The translations under genes and the position numbers were made by a program. From positions 1,312,001 through 1,376,000 of the forward strand of contig OZ247587.1 of NCBI GenBank assembly GCA_965233865.1: DNA of 64,000 nt. Direction: 5' to 3'. How positions within the stretch are numbered: position 1 is the first letter of the stretch; each line of letters begins with the position of its first letter. Source of the stretch: Candidatus Neptunichlamydia sp. (GTDB lineage Bacteria; Chlamydiota; Chlamydiia; Chlamydiales; Simkaniaceae). The notes under the pieces are model-generated. The model saw nothing but the letters and a program-made list of their open reading frames with translations, made no database searches and was not told where the DNA came from. Positions 18,949-29,919 of this stretch are shown here, in pieces.

Positions 18949-19743
18949 TTAGCGCAAGGCTTCTTGTTTTGATCCTTTAGGAAGAGCAATTTCTCGTGTT
19001 CCTTCATCAGGAATTGAGGTGATTGAGTCTTCTTGTTCAGGAGTAGCGTTAGCCTTGACAACTTCAATGTCAAAAACCAGGGTAGAGTTTGGAGGAAGGT
19101 AGCCACTTGTTCCATATCCAAGATCTGGATGAATATAGATGGTTCGTTGTTCGCCTTCTTTCATTCCAACGATTCCTTGGCTAAAACCTTGAATGGTTTC
19201 GTCCAAAGAAATTAGCTCGTCTTCTTGAGAAGATCCAAAAACTTTTCCATCGAGAAACTTTCCTGTATAGCGGATCATTGGGGAGAAATGCTCTTCGACA
19301 ATGATTCCATCACCTTGCGTCTCAACTTTATACTGAAGCTTATGTTTTTCAATCTCAACCACACCTTCATTTCTAGCGTTGTTGGTCATGAAAGTATCGG
19401 CTTCTTTAAGATTTCCAGTAGCCATTTTTTGGAAGGACTCTTCCTGCACAAGAGAAATAGCTTGGACACATTCAGTTTCATTCATCGGAGATGATTTCCC
19501 TGCGACTGAATCTTCCATTCCTTTAATGACTTGTTCCATATTAAACTCAAAACCAAGCGAATCTAAGTTCTTTCCAATGAGGTGCCCAAAGGCTTCGGAA
19601 ATTTTTTGAATATCAATTTTCCCGTCTTCCTTCTTAGACTCCTCTAGGGTATTATTTTGCGAGTCCCCTCCTGCATAAGCTACTGTTGCTAGGAAGGAAA
19701 ATGCAATTGCAATTGTTGAGAAAAATTTATTTCTTAGTAACAT
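18949..19743 (-). CDS. mip: FKBP-type peptidyl-prolyl isomerase (Mip)
   Basis: N-terminal dimerisation helix (SEAFGHLIGKNL) plus YTGKFLDGKVF, HPDLGYG, PPNSTLVF; AGGAG RBS before ATG 19743. Confidence 0.92.
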   Translation of the reverse strand: MLLRNKFFSTIAIAFSFLATVAYAGGDSQNNTLEESKKEDGKIDIQKISEAFGHLIGKNLDSLGFEFNMEQVIKGMEDSVAGKSSPMNETECVQAISLVQEESFQKMATGNLKEADTFMTNNARNEGVVEIEKHKLQYKVETQGDGIIVEEHFSPMIRYTGKFLDGKVFGSSQEDELISLDETIQGFSQGIVGMKEGEQRTIYIHPDLGYGTSGYLPPNSTLVFDIEVVKANATPEQEDSITSIPDEGTREIALPKGSKQEALR

Positions 19744-19798
19744 TACAAACACTCCTTTAGAGTACTGTTGAAAACTTCAAATTTATTCACTTGTAGAA

Positions 19799-21583
19799 TT
19801 ATATCCAAGATATTTCTTTTGGATGAGCTTGAATTTCAAGCTCATCCAATTGCTTTTTGTAAACCTTTGAAGGGCATTGCATCATTAAGTCACTTGCTTT
19901 TTGTGTTTTAGGGAATGCAATAACGTCTCGGATATTTTCTGTTTTAGTAAGAATCATGACAAGGCGGTCAAAGCCCAATGCGATCCCTAAATGAGGCGGT
20001 GTTCCATATTGGAGAGCTTCAGTGAAAAAGCTAAATTTTTCCTTCACTGCTTCTCCATCAAGCTTTAGAGCTTGAAAGACTTTCTTTTGGATTTCAAAAT
20101 CATGTATTCTTTGAGACCCTCCCCCCACTTCGTAACCATTGATAATGATGTCATAAGCATTTGAGCGTATCTTGAGAGGATCATGTTCAAGCAGCTCCAG
20201 ATCGTCAAGGTGGGGCATGGTAAAGGGATGGTGGGTGGCTTGAGGGCGATTTTCCTTTGGGTCCCACTCAAAATAAGGGAAGTCGGTAACCCAAAGAAAC
20301 TCGTATGCACCTGGATTGATAAGGGTGCGATCTTTTGCAATTAAGCGGCGAAGATGGTCAAGGGATTGATTCACAAGAGATTCATTTGCTGCAGCAAAAA
20401 GGAGAAGGTCTCCTTTCTCTGCTCCTAAAGCCTCTTGCAATGCTTTTAGCTGCTTGTCGGAAAAGAATTTTACAATACTTGAGGTGAGGCCTTCTTCTTG
20501 CTTTTTCATCCATCCAAGGCCTTGGAGTCCAAACTTTCCAACAAATTCAGTGTAACGGTCAATTTCTTTCCGCGATATTTCAGCTCCACCCTTAACACAA
20601 AGGGCTTTAATGCAGCCACCATTTTGAAGCTGCTCTTTAAAAACAATGAATTCAGAGTCTTTTGCAATAGCGTCGACCCTTACAAGAGGCATTCTAAAGC
20701 GCAAGTCTGGGCGGTCTGTCCCGTAATGTTCCATACAGTCTTGATAACTCATTGAGGGAATGGTATCGGGAACGTCATAATTGAGGCACTCTTTAAACAA
20801 AGCTTTTAAGAAACGGTGGATGATTTCCTGGATATCTTCGGGGTAGGCAAAGCTCATCTCAATGTCGATTTGTGTAAACTCAGGTTGTCGATCTGCTCTT
20901 AAGTCTTCATCGCGAAAGCAATTGGCAATTTGAAAGTAGCGATCCATTCCACTTACCATGAGCAGTTGCTTAAATAGTTGCGGTGATTGGGGCAATGAAT
21001 AAAAGTTTCCAGGATAGGTGCGTGAAGGAACAAGATAATCTCGGGCTCCTTCTGGAGTGGAACGCCCCAAAGTGGGGGTGTTGACCTCAGTAAATCCTTC
21101 GCTATTAAAGAAACTTCTGGTGGTGATCATTGCCTTGTTTCTCATTAAGAGTTTGTCTAAGACATCCCCACGTCGGATATCGAGGTAGCGATACTTTAGA
21201 CGGGTTTCTTCATGGGTTTCAGTTTTATCGTCACAAATGGAGAAAGGGGGTGTTTTTGCTTTAGACAAAATTTCGAATGACTCAACTTCGACTTCGACTT
21301 CACCCGTTTCTAGTTTTGGGTTAGTGAGCCCCTCGCCTCGGGCACGTACTTTTCCCTTCGCAGTAATGACCCACTCAGAGCGGAGGGCAGAGGCTATTTC
21401 ATGTGCCTTTTTAGAAATTTTGGGGTCGAAGATTAATTGTGTCAATCCAAAGCGGTCACGGAGATCGATAAAAATAAGCCCTCCATGATCCCGCCTTCTG
21501 TGAACCCACCCGGAAAGGTTTGCGATTTTTCCTATTTCATCTTTTCTTAGTTCATTGCAGCGGTGTGTTCTTCTATAGTCCAT
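19799..21583 (-). CDS. aspS: Aspartate--tRNA ligase
   Basis: RRRDHGGLIFIDLRD, TPEGARDYLVP, FRDEDLRADRQPEF, PPHLGIALGFDR. Confidence 0.98.
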   Translation of the reverse strand: MDYRRTHRCNELRKDEIGKIANLSGWVHRRRDHGGLIFIDLRDRFGLTQLIFDPKISKKAHEIASALRSEWVITAKGKVRARGEGLTNPKLETGEVEVEVESFEILSKAKTPPFSICDDKTETHEETRLKYRYLDIRRGDVLDKLLMRNKAMITTRSFFNSEGFTEVNTPTLGRSTPEGARDYLVPSRTYPGNFYSLPQSPQLFKQLLMVSGMDRYFQIANCFRDEDLRADRQPEFTQIDIEMSFAYPEDIQEIIHRFLKALFKECLNYDVPDTIPSMSYQDCMEHYGTDRPDLRFRMPLVRVDAIAKDSEFIVFKEQLQNGGCIKALCVKGGAEISRKEIDRYTEFVGKFGLQGLGWMKKQEEGLTSSIVKFFSDKQLKALQEALGAEKGDLLLFAAANESLVNQSLDHLRRLIAKDRTLINPGAYEFLWVTDFPYFEWDPKENRPQATHHPFTMPHLDDLELLEHDPLKIRSNAYDIIINGYEVGGGSQRIHDFEIQKKVFQALKLDGEAVKEKFSFFTEALQYGTPPHLGIALGFDRLVMILTKTENIRDVIAFPKTQKASDLMMQCPSKVYKKQLDELEIQAHPKEISWI

Positions 21584-22868
21584 TTGGTTTCCGTTTGCTA
21601 AAATAATCAATGAGATTGGAGAGGGAAGCCTCTTCAGTTTTGCGTGATTCCATTTCTTTGATCTGCACCTTGTTCTTCTCGAGTTCTTGCTTTCCGATGA
21701 TAACAGCATGTTTTGCTTTTAATTGACTTGCTTGCTGCAATGCTTTTTGAATTTTTTTAGAGACGATCATTTCAGCTGAAATATTTGCGTGACGAAGCTG
21801 ATAGAGAAGGCTGAAACAATTTTCTTTTGCCTGTTCATCAAGAGGAATTAAAGCGACTATCGGCCCTGAAATTTCAGGGAAAGAGACTCCCTGCCCTTGC
21901 ATGGTTTGTAGTATCCTTTCCATTCCTGTGGAAAAGCCAATGCATGGAAGGTCTGGTCCTCCAACTGCTGGAAGGAGACCGTCGTAGCGCCCCCCTGCAC
22001 CAATGGTATTTTGTGCTCCTAAAACGTCCGAAGTGATTTCAAAAACAGTGTGATTGTAGTAGTCTAACCCTCGAACCAGGTGAGGAGTAATAGTGAAGGG
22101 GATTTTCTGTTTCTCTAAAAGTTTGCAAAGAGTTTCGAAGTGGTCTTTGCTCTCTGGATCTAAATAGTCTAAAATCGAAGGAGCGGATTTTAGTAGTTCG
22201 CGTTCTTTAGAATCTTTAGAATCTAGAATGCGAAGAGGATTTTTGGTGAATCGGGCTTGACTTTCTTCCGAAAGAGAGTTGAAATGAGGCTTTAGATAGT
22301 CCAAAAGAGCGCTTTTGTATTTTTCTCGACAGGGACGGTCTCCTAAAGAGTTGATCATTACATGGAGGTTTTTAAGACCTAATCGACGGTAGAGTTCATA
22401 GAGGAGTTCGATGGTTTCAAAATCTTGTTCAGGTTCCCCATTCCCAATGGCTTCAATTCCAAATTGATGGAATTGCCGGTACCGTCCTGCTTGGGGGCGG
22501 TCGTACCTGAAAAATGGACCAATATAGAAAAACTTGTGGTGCATCCCGAGTTGTTGCAGTTGACCTTGAGCAAAGGCGCGCACCACCGATGCGGTTCCTT
22601 CAGGGCGAAGGCTCATCGATCTATTGCCTTTATCCTGAAAAGTATACATTTCCTTGGACACAATATCAGAGGTCTCGCCAACTCCACGGATAAAGAGCTC
22701 TGTCTTTTCAAAAATGGGAGTGCGGATTTCCTGATAGCCGTATTCTTGGACGAGAGTACGGATTACGGTTTCGAGATGATTCCATTTTGCCGATTCCTTC
22801 CAGCTATTTTGCGGCTTGGACTCCTCAGGAAGGATATCAAAAGTTCCTTTGGGAAGTGAGTATTTCAT
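21573..22868 (-). CDS. hisS: Histidine--tRNA ligase
   Basis: LRPEGTA, RPQAGRYRQFHQ, VRGLDYY, GGRYD. Confidence 0.98.
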   Translation of the reverse strand: MKYSLPKGTFDILPEESKPQNSWKESAKWNHLETVIRTLVQEYGYQEIRTPIFEKTELFIRGVGETSDIVSKEMYTFQDKGNRSMSLRPEGTASVVRAFAQGQLQQLGMHHKFFYIGPFFRYDRPQAGRYRQFHQFGIEAIGNGEPEQDFETIELLYELYRRLGLKNLHVMINSLGDRPCREKYKSALLDYLKPHFNSLSEESQARFTKNPLRILDSKDSKERELLKSAPSILDYLDPESKDHFETLCKLLEKQKIPFTITPHLVRGLDYYNHTVFEITSDVLGAQNTIGAGGRYDGLLPAVGGPDLPCIGFSTGMERILQTMQGQGVSFPEISGPIVALIPLDEQAKENCFSLLYQLRHANISAEMIVSKKIQKALQQASQLKAKHAVIIGKQELEKNKVQIKEMESRKTEEASLSNLIDYFSKRKPNGL

Positions 22869-22892
22869 GGGACAAGTATAGCTTCTTTGAAA

Positions 22893-23519
22893 TTAATTCT
22901 GCAAGATCTCATTGATCAATTCGACCCACTGCATCAAGGTGCTATGAGATTGGTTTACCCTATGGTCAGAAAAAAGACATTTGAGGATCTCCCTGAAAGG
23001 AAGGGGCATCCAATTTTCTCCAGCAAACTCCGAGAGATAGAACCCTAGCTTGTGATCTTCATTTGGAGGATAATTACCAACGCCTGCTAGAAAAGCTTTA
23101 AGCTTATCGGCATCAATAAGGGCCTTCCTTTTTGTGTGGGAAAGGATTTGGATTCCTTGAAGTAAGCGGTGCCAAGTAGCAGAAAACTGAGCGCAAAAGG
23201 TTCCATTCTCACTTTGATCTACGTCCATCATGATCTGAAGGATTTGCTTGAGTTCTTGGATATCACCTGTTAGAGCATCCTCAGACATTTCTTCAAGTGT
23301 TCCTTCCTTTTCCTTCCCAAGGCTTGTTGTTAATTTTTGAATAAATATAAGAAAGGCCACATAGGCTCTAGGGCGTTTATCTTCTGCAGGAGGTTCCCAT
23401 GATTGATCCCCCTTGGATTGTTTGTTCGCCTCAATTGGATCAACTCGATACTTATCGTCTTCTCTCCCTTCTGAGGGGCGCAGAGGCTCTGGAAAAAATG
23501 TCATATTCACGCTCGGCAA
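22893..23519 (-). CDS. Hypothetical protein
   Basis: 208-aa ORF co-oriented with and directly upstream of hisS; no recognised motif. Confidence 0.7.
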   Translation of the reverse strand: MPSVNMTFFPEPLRPSEGREDDKYRVDPIEANKQSKGDQSWEPPAEDKRPRAYVAFLIFIQKLTTSLGKEKEGTLEEMSEDALTGDIQELKQILQIMMDVDQSENGTFCAQFSATWHRLLQGIQILSHTKRKALIDADKLKAFLAGVGNYPPNEDHKLGFYLSEFAGENWMPLPFREILKCLFSDHRVNQSHSTLMQWVELINEILQN

Positions 23520-23676
23520 TTTCGTATTTTGTTTTACAGTAAATTAGGGTTAGAAGGCAAATTGGAACCGACTAAAACATTGACTTTGAATGGAAATTTC
23601 TATAGTCTCACCCCGAATACGAATGGACCATCTGGATTGATAATTTTAATATTTACCAAGGGAATAGGGTTAAAAC

Positions 23677-25026
23677 GTGAGCGTTCTGGATAGACTGAAG
23701 CCTAATCTTCCGCAAAGTGAGGTCGAAAGTGCTGACGAAATCAAAGCTAAATACAAGTATTGGCGGATTCGGATTTTCTACAGTATCTATGTTGGGTATG
23801 CTCTTTTCTATTTTACAAGAAAAAGCTTTACATTCTCAATGCCAGCGCTTATCAATGACTTAGGCTTTGATAAGTCTGATCTAGGCTTTTTAGGAACTCT
23901 CCTGGCTGTTACTTATGCAATTAGTAAGTTTGTAAGTGGACTTATTTCTGATAAGTCTAGCCTTCGCATTCTTATGGGGGCGGGGTTGGTTTTAACAGGT
24001 GTTTTTACCCTATTTGCGGGACTCTCCTCTTCGGTTCTCTTTTTTGCTATTTTTCTGGGCTTAAATGGATTTTTTCAAGGGTGGGGATCTCCACCGTGCG
24101 CCAAGTTATTAACTTATTGGTATTCACAGACCGAACGGGGACGCTGGTGGGGATGGTGGAACACCTCTCATAACATAGGGGGAGCTGTAATCCCTATCCT
24201 GTGTGCTTTTGCTATTCAAGCCTTTGGCTGGCGCTATGCGATGTATCTTCCAGGAGTAATGGCTATTGTCATGGGGCTCTTTTTGATTAATCGCATTCGA
24301 AATAGCCCAAAGCAGGTCGGACTTCCAACAATCGAAAAGTATCGAAATGATTATCCTAATGATGTCGAAAAAGGGGAGATTGAACAGGAAAAGAGTCTCT
24401 CCACAAAAGAGATTTTATTTAAACACATTCTTAAAAATAAATTCATTTGGATTTTAGCGGTCTCTTATTTTTTCGTGTATATTGTCCGCATATCGATCTA
24501 TGATTGGGTTCAGCTTTATCTAATGGAAGAGAAAGGCTACACCTTGATGATTGCTGGATCCTGTGTTTTTTGGTTTGAGATCGGAGGGATCTTTGGGAGC
24601 TTAGCTGCTGGTTACCTCTCCGATACTATCTTTAAGGGAAGAAGGGGTCCTGTAAATATCCTCTTCACTGCTGGGGTAATTGGTAACCTGATGGTTCTGT
24701 GGTTCATTCCTTCATCAAGCCTTCTAATAATTTCTATTGCGACGTTTGTCTTTGGATTTCTGATATTTGGGCCTCAAATGCTTATTGGGATGGCAGCTGC
24801 TGAACTGGTGAGTAAGGAAGCGGCTGGTACTGCAACGGGATTTACTGGGCTTTTTGCATACGCTGGCGCTGCTTGTGCAGGATGGCCTGTGGGTCGATTG
24901 ATTGAAGGATTTGGATGGCCAGCATTCTTTCTTCTCCTGTCTATTTGTGCAGGTATTGCAGTTTTATTGCTTATTCCACTATGGTCGAAGGGAGTTCGAC
25001 TTGTGCCACTGGCTCAAACGAATTAA
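23677..25026 (+). CDS. uhpC: Hexose-phosphate MFS transporter (UhpC/GlpT family)
   Basis: FYFTRK, ERGRWWGWWNTSHNIGG, FGPQML, AAGTATGF; position upstream of dnaE as in Chlamydia. Confidence 0.93.
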   Translation: MSVLDRLKPNLPQSEVESADEIKAKYKYWRIRIFYSIYVGYALFYFTRKSFTFSMPALINDLGFDKSDLGFLGTLLAVTYAISKFVSGLISDKSSLRILMGAGLVLTGVFTLFAGLSSSVLFFAIFLGLNGFFQGWGSPPCAKLLTYWYSQTERGRWWGWWNTSHNIGGAVIPILCAFAIQAFGWRYAMYLPGVMAIVMGLFLINRIRNSPKQVGLPTIEKYRNDYPNDVEKGEIEQEKSLSTKEILFKHILKNKFIWILAVSYFFVYIVRISIYDWVQLYLMEEKGYTLMIAGSCVFWFEIGGIFGSLAAGYLSDTIFKGRRGPVNILFTAGVIGNLMVLWFIPSSSLLIISIATFVFGFLIFGPQMLIGMAAAELVSKEAAGTATGFTGLFAYAGAACAGWPVGRLIEGFGWPAFFLLLSICAGIAVLLLIPLWSKGVRLVPLAQTN

Positions 25027-25203
25027 AGCGCTTATAGTACCTTAACTTTAAATTGGTAAACCTAAGTTGCTCTTTCAATTTGTATTCTCATCTTCGCTCT
25101 CAACAACCATTTGCGATTATCTACGAGCTCTAGGTCTCAATGTCGGTCAAAATAATTTTCGTATCTTTATCAATTTAAAACATTATAACAGGCAGGTTTA
25201 TTG

Positions 25204-28200
25204 ATGGGTTGGACGCCACTCCATGTTCATTCACAATATTCAATTTTAGATTCGACGGCTTCCGTTCAACTTTTGGCTAAGAAAGCCAAGGAATTTAGAA
25301 TGGAGGCACTTGCACTTACGGACTTTTGCAACATGTTTGGAGTTGTAGATTTTTTTAAAGCCTGCAAAAAAGAAGGAATCAAACCAATTATTGGGACTAA
25401 GGTTGTTGTTGCTCCTCTTTCTCGTCATGATAAGAAACGAATTTCTGGTCACTCTGTTGGGTATCCCTTAATTCTTCTTGCGAAGGATCGTGAAGGATAC
25501 CAAAATCTTTGTAAGATCTCCTCGATTGGATACCTTGAAGGGTTTTATTATACCCCCCGTGTCGATAAGGAAGTTCTCGAGAAGTATTCAAAAGGGTTGA
25601 TTTGCCTCTCGGGGCCTATTACAAGTCGACTTTCACAGTTCATCATTCAAGAGAGGAAAGAAGAATTTGAAGACGAGCTGAAATGGCAGTTAGACCTTTA
25701 TGGAGAGAACTTTTATTTCGAACTGCAACGTCATCAAATGCATGAGGAGCAGATCAAATCAGAGGGGATTGAGAAAGAGTCATGGCTTTATCAGCAGTAC
25801 CTTGACAGGGTTAAAAACCAAGAGAAAGTCAACAATCAATTTATCGCACTTTCAAAAGAGAAAGGAATTTCTTGTGTTGCAACAAACGGGACGCATTATA
25901 TTGACCGGGGGGACTGGAGAGCACATGAAATTTTAATGAACGTGCAGTCTGGAGAGCCTGTTGAGGTTATTGAGAGGGATTCTTTTGGAAATCCAAGAGG
26001 AATTAGCCTTAACCCTAAGCGAAAGGTGATTCCAACGCATGAGCTTTACTTCAAGTCATCTGAGGAAATGATGGCTCTTTTTGCAGATGTTCCTGAAGCA
26101 ATCGAGAACACCGGAAAAATCGCGGTATTATGCAATATGGAGCTCGACTTTGAAACGAAATACTATCCTGTTTTTGTCCCGCCCTATCTTGAAGGGACCG
26201 AGTATAGTGAAAAAACAAGGGTTGAAGAGGCCGCAAACTTTTTGCGCACACTGTGCAAAGAGGGAATTCCAAATCGGTATACGCCTGAACACCTAGCTAA
26301 GGTTCAAGAAAAGCATCCCGATCAGAACCCAATGGACGTTGTAACAAAGCGATTAGAAGGAGAGCTTGAGATCATCATTTCAAAAGGGATGTGTGATTAC
26401 CTTCTCATCGTGTATGACTTTATAGCTTGGGCAAAGAATAAAGGGATTCCTGTCGGTCCAGGGAGAGGATCAGGAGCAGGCTCGATTATTCTTTATTTGA
26501 TAGGAATTACCGATATTGAACCCTTAAGATTCAATCTTTTCTTCGAGCGATTTATCAATCCTGAAAGGATGTCATACCCTGACATCGATGTTGACATATG
26601 CATGGATCGTCGTGCTGAAGTTATCGAGTATACCCTCAAAAAATATGGGAAGGAAAAGGTCGCTCAAATTATTACATTTGGAACAATGAAAGCAAAGATG
26701 GCCATTAAAGATGTGGGCCGAGTTCTTAGTGTTCCTCTCGCAAAGGTGAATGAGATTGCAAAATTGGTTCCTGAAGACCCAACGATGACACTTGAAAGAG
26801 CACTTAAGCTTGATCCTGAGCTCAGAAGAATTGCAGAAAGCGATGAAGATGGAAAGAGAGTTCTCGAATATGCTAGGCGCTTGGAGGGATCAATCCGGAA
26901 TACGGGCATTCATGCTGCAGGGCTCATTATTTGTGGAGATCCTCTAACCGATCATATTCCAATCTGCAGTGCCAAAGATTCCGAACTTGCTGCGACACAA
27001 TACTCGATGAAACCAGTCGAAGCTGTTGGAATGCTTAAAATTGACTTCTTAGGGCTTAAGACGTTGACTTCAATCCAAAAAACTGTGGATGCTATTGCAG
27101 AACGTGGAGGAGAAAGAATCGATTGGGTCAATCTTCCTCTTGAAGATCAGAACACGTTCAACCTCTTGAACCAGGGGAAAACACAAGGGGTTTTTCAACT
27201 AGAATCCACCGGAATGCAAGAGCTGGCTAAACGTCTTCATATTGATAAGTTTGAAGAGATTATTGCTGTAGGAGCTCTGTATCGTCCAGGTCCTATGGAA
27301 ATGATCCCCTCTTTTATCAACCGGAAGCATGGGCGTGAAAAGATTGAAGTTGACCACCCCTTGATGGAAGATGTTATCCAGGAGACCTATGGAATCATGG
27401 TTTACCAGGAGCAAGTGATGCAAATAGCCTCCCTCCTTGCCGACTATTCTCTTGGAGAGGGTGACGTTTTACGACGCGCAATGGGAAAAAAAGATCGGGA
27501 TGAAATGGCAAAGCAACGGGAAAAATTCCGCAGCGGAGCTATTCAGAAAGGAATCAGTGAAAATAAGGCGATGAAAATCTTCGATAAGATTGAAAAATTT
27601 GCCTCATATGGTTTCAACAAATCCCATGCTGCAGCTTATGGGTATCTTAGCTATGTCACAGCATTTCTTAAAGCAAATTACCCAAAAGAATGGCTTGCAG
27701 CTTTGATGACCTGTGATAGCGATGACTTGACCAAAGTATCGAAGCATATCCGAGAATGTGAAGCCATGGGAATAAAAATCCTTCCTCCTGACGTTAACGA
27801 ATCAGGGACAGAGTTTGCTGCTGCCCCATCTGGAATTCGTTTTGCAATGTCAGGAATTAAAGGGGTTGGAAGGGGTGTTGTTGAGGCTATTTTTGAAGAA
27901 CGAAAGAAAAAAGGGTCATACAAATCATTTTATGATTTTTTCAAACGGATAGATCTAACAAGAGTAGGGAAAAAAGTTGTTGAAAATCTTGTTGATGCAG
28001 GGAGTTTTGATTTTACAACATGGACGCGACAAGAACTACTGGAGAGCGTCGAACCTATGTTTGAGCAAACGTCTCGAGAACAAAAAGAGGCCGCTAAAGG
28101 GGTTATGGACTTCTTTTCAATGATTGAAGATGAAGGAAAAAGCCCATTTCTCACTCCTCCAATTGTCGAAAGGCAGCAAGAAAAGAAAGAGATTCTTGTA

Positions 28201-28926
28201 AAGGAGAAAGAATTCCTAGGGTTTTATCTAACGGGTCATCCAATGGATGAATATAGAGCGTTTATTGATGAACTAGGCTGCCTTCCATTGCGGGAACTAG
28301 GCTCAGTCAAAAATGGAGCAGTCGTCAAAGTGGCATGCATCATTGAAAGTGTGAAAGTAAAGATTTCTCAAAAAACACAGAAAAAATTTGCGATATTGGT
28401 TATTAGTGATGGGATAGAGCGATTTGAGCTTCCTGTTTGGCCAGGCATGTATGATGAACATAGCGCTTTTTTTGTAAAAAACCAACTTCTGTTTTCGATT
28501 CTTCAAGTTGAAAATGAAGAGGATGCGATTAAGCTTCGGTGTCGCTCCCTAGAAGACTTAACAACTATTACTGAAGAAAATATGGGGCAGTTTGATGCTC
28601 TTTATGAACAGGTCAAGCAGGTCACAAAATCTGATGCCCGTCGCAAAAAAAAACAAAATGTGGAGAAAATAATGGATTCAAGTGACAACAAAAAACTCCA
28701 ACTGACTCTGGACGTAAATAGCATTCATTTATCAGAAATTGTAAAGCTCAAAAATCTTTTTCATAAATATCCTGGAAGCGCCCCCGTCCATATTATTTTC
28801 AATAGTGCTCATCAAAAAATTGGAGTTGTAGAAGTGGAATCCAAGTGGGGTGTGGGCTGGAATTCAGAGCTGGAAAACAGAATAAAATCATTTTCTTTCA
28901 TTCAGGACTTTTCTTTTGAAGAGTGA
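25204..28926 (+). CDS. dnaE: DNA polymerase III alpha subunit
   Basis: PHP HVHSQYSILD, GPGRGSGAGS, PDIDVD, KIDFLGL, YGFNKSH. Confidence 0.98.
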   Translation: MGWTPLHVHSQYSILDSTASVQLLAKKAKEFRMEALALTDFCNMFGVVDFFKACKKEGIKPIIGTKVVVAPLSRHDKKRISGHSVGYPLILLAKDREGYQNLCKISSIGYLEGFYYTPRVDKEVLEKYSKGLICLSGPITSRLSQFIIQERKEEFEDELKWQLDLYGENFYFELQRHQMHEEQIKSEGIEKESWLYQQYLDRVKNQEKVNNQFIALSKEKGISCVATNGTHYIDRGDWRAHEILMNVQSGEPVEVIERDSFGNPRGISLNPKRKVIPTHELYFKSSEEMMALFADVPEAIENTGKIAVLCNMELDFETKYYPVFVPPYLEGTEYSEKTRVEEAANFLRTLCKEGIPNRYTPEHLAKVQEKHPDQNPMDVVTKRLEGELEIIISKGMCDYLLIVYDFIAWAKNKGIPVGPGRGSGAGSIILYLIGITDIEPLRFNLFFERFINPERMSYPDIDVDICMDRRAEVIEYTLKKYGKEKVAQIITFGTMKAKMAIKDVGRVLSVPLAKVNEIAKLVPEDPTMTLERALKLDPELRRIAESDEDGKRVLEYARRLEGSIRNTGIHAAGLIICGDPLTDHIPICSAKDSELAATQYSMKPVEAVGMLKIDFLGLKTLTSIQKTVDAIAERGGERIDWVNLPLEDQNTFNLLNQGKTQGVFQLESTGMQELAKRLHIDKFEEIIAVGALYRPGPMEMIPSFINRKHGREKIEVDHPLMEDVIQETYGIMVYQEQVMQIASLLADYSLGEGDVLRRAMGKKDRDEMAKQREKFRSGAIQKGISENKAMKIFDKIEKFASYGFNKSHAAAYGYLSYVTAFLKANYPKEWLAALMTCDSDDLTKVSKHIRECEAMGIKILPPDVNESGTEFAAAPSGIRFAMSGIKGVGRGVVEAIFEERKKKGSYKSFYDFFKRIDLTRVGKKVVENLVDAGSFDFTTWTRQELLESVEPMFEQTSREQKEAAKGVMDFFSMIEDEGKSPFLTPPIVERQQEKKEILVKEKEFLGFYLTGHPMDEYRAFIDELGCLPLRELGSVKNGAVVKVACIIESVKVKISQKTQKKFAILVISDGIERFELPVWPGMYDEHSAFFVKNQLLFSILQVENEEDAIKLRCRSLEDLTTITEENMGQFDALYEQVKQVTKSDARRKKKQNVEKIMDSSDNKKLQLTLDVNSIHLSEIVKLKNLFHKYPGSAPVHIIFNSAHQKIGVVEVESKWGVGWNSELENRIKSFSFIQDFSFEE

Positions 28927-28944
28927 ACCGATATACTAACAAAC

Positions 28945-29919
28945 ATGAAAAAAGTAGCGATCATCTTTCTCATTTGTTTTGGAGCGCTTAGCGCGAACCC
29001 TCTTGACCCGGTCATTCGTAGTCAGATCAATATTCATCAGTACTATTCAAAAATGATCGACCATTATCAAAATGAAGATTGGCAGAAACTGTCTTGGAAA
29101 TGCCAAGACTTTATTGCTGATTTTCCGACGAGTCCTTTTTCCCGTGAAGCCCTGTACTATTTAGGGGTTGCTCATTACAAGTTGGGGAAATTGGAACATG
29201 CAAATCAGATTTTTTCTGATTACTTAAAGGAAGAATTGACGCCGAAGGTTTTTGACCAAGTTATTCGCTATAAATTTGAAATTGCTCGCGGGTTTGACGA
29301 AGGGGCAAGGATTCACTTATTTGGTTGGCAGAGGATGCCCAAGTGGCTTCCTGCATATGATGAAGCACTTGAGATTTATGATGAAGTGATTACAACCCTT
29401 CCACGAGATGATTTAGCTGCTCAATCACTCTATAGAAAAGGAATAATTTTGCTTCGAATGGAAGAATACAAAAAGAGTATTGAAGCATTTCAAACATTGA
29501 TTCGTCGTTTTCCTAAACACCCACTTTCCCCTGATGGATATGTTAGAATTAGTGAAGTTTACCTTACTGAGTGTGATCAGAAATTCCCTGATGCTAATAA
29601 GCTTGATTTAGCGGAGATTAACCTCCGTAAATTTCGCTACCACTTCCCAAGTGAACCTCGCATTACTGAGGCTGAGCAGAAGTTATTAGGAATGAAGGAG
29701 CGCCTTGCCAATGATCTATTAGAGATCGCTGAGTTCTATGAAAGAACGAAGAAGAAAAAAGCTGCTGCGATTTACTATGCGACAATCCTTAAGAAATATC
29801 CAGAAACCAAAGCAGCAAATAAGTCTAAAAAACGACTAAAAGTTCTTGATGTCCCCGATATTTACTCGAATAAAAAGTCCCAGAAAAGGGCGATTACTAT
29901 GGATAGCTCTGCTGAGTAG
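28945..29919 (+). CDS. bamD: BamD/ComL-like TPR outer-membrane assembly protein
   Basis: Signal peptide, TPRs (FQTLIRRFPKHP), IAEFYER..AAAIYY..YPET. Confidence 0.75.
   Translation: MKKVAIIFLICFGALSANPLDPVIRSQINIHQYYSKMIDHYQNEDWQKLSWKCQDFIADFPTSPFSREALYYLGVAHYKLGKLEHANQIFSDYLKEELTPKVFDQVIRYKFEIARGFDEGARIHLFGWQRMPKWLPAYDEALEIYDEVITTLPRDDLAAQSLYRKGIILLRMEEYKKSIEAFQTLIRRFPKHPLSPDGYVRISEVYLTECDQKFPDANKLDLAEINLRKFRYHFPSEPRITEAEQKLLGMKERLANDLLEIAEFYERTKKKKAAAIYYATILKKYPETKAANKSKKRLKVLDVPDIYSNKKSQKRAITMDSSAE

Noticed and set aside
23580..23606. Sigma66 promoter TTGACT...TATAGT upstream of uhpC
   Set aside because: 15-bp spacer is short; plausible but not supportable without TSS data
25030..25140. 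Possible decayed MITE between uhpC and dnaE (AACCTAAGTT shared with the 93-bp element end)
   Set aside because: Only a 10-bp match and no clear inverted-repeat pair
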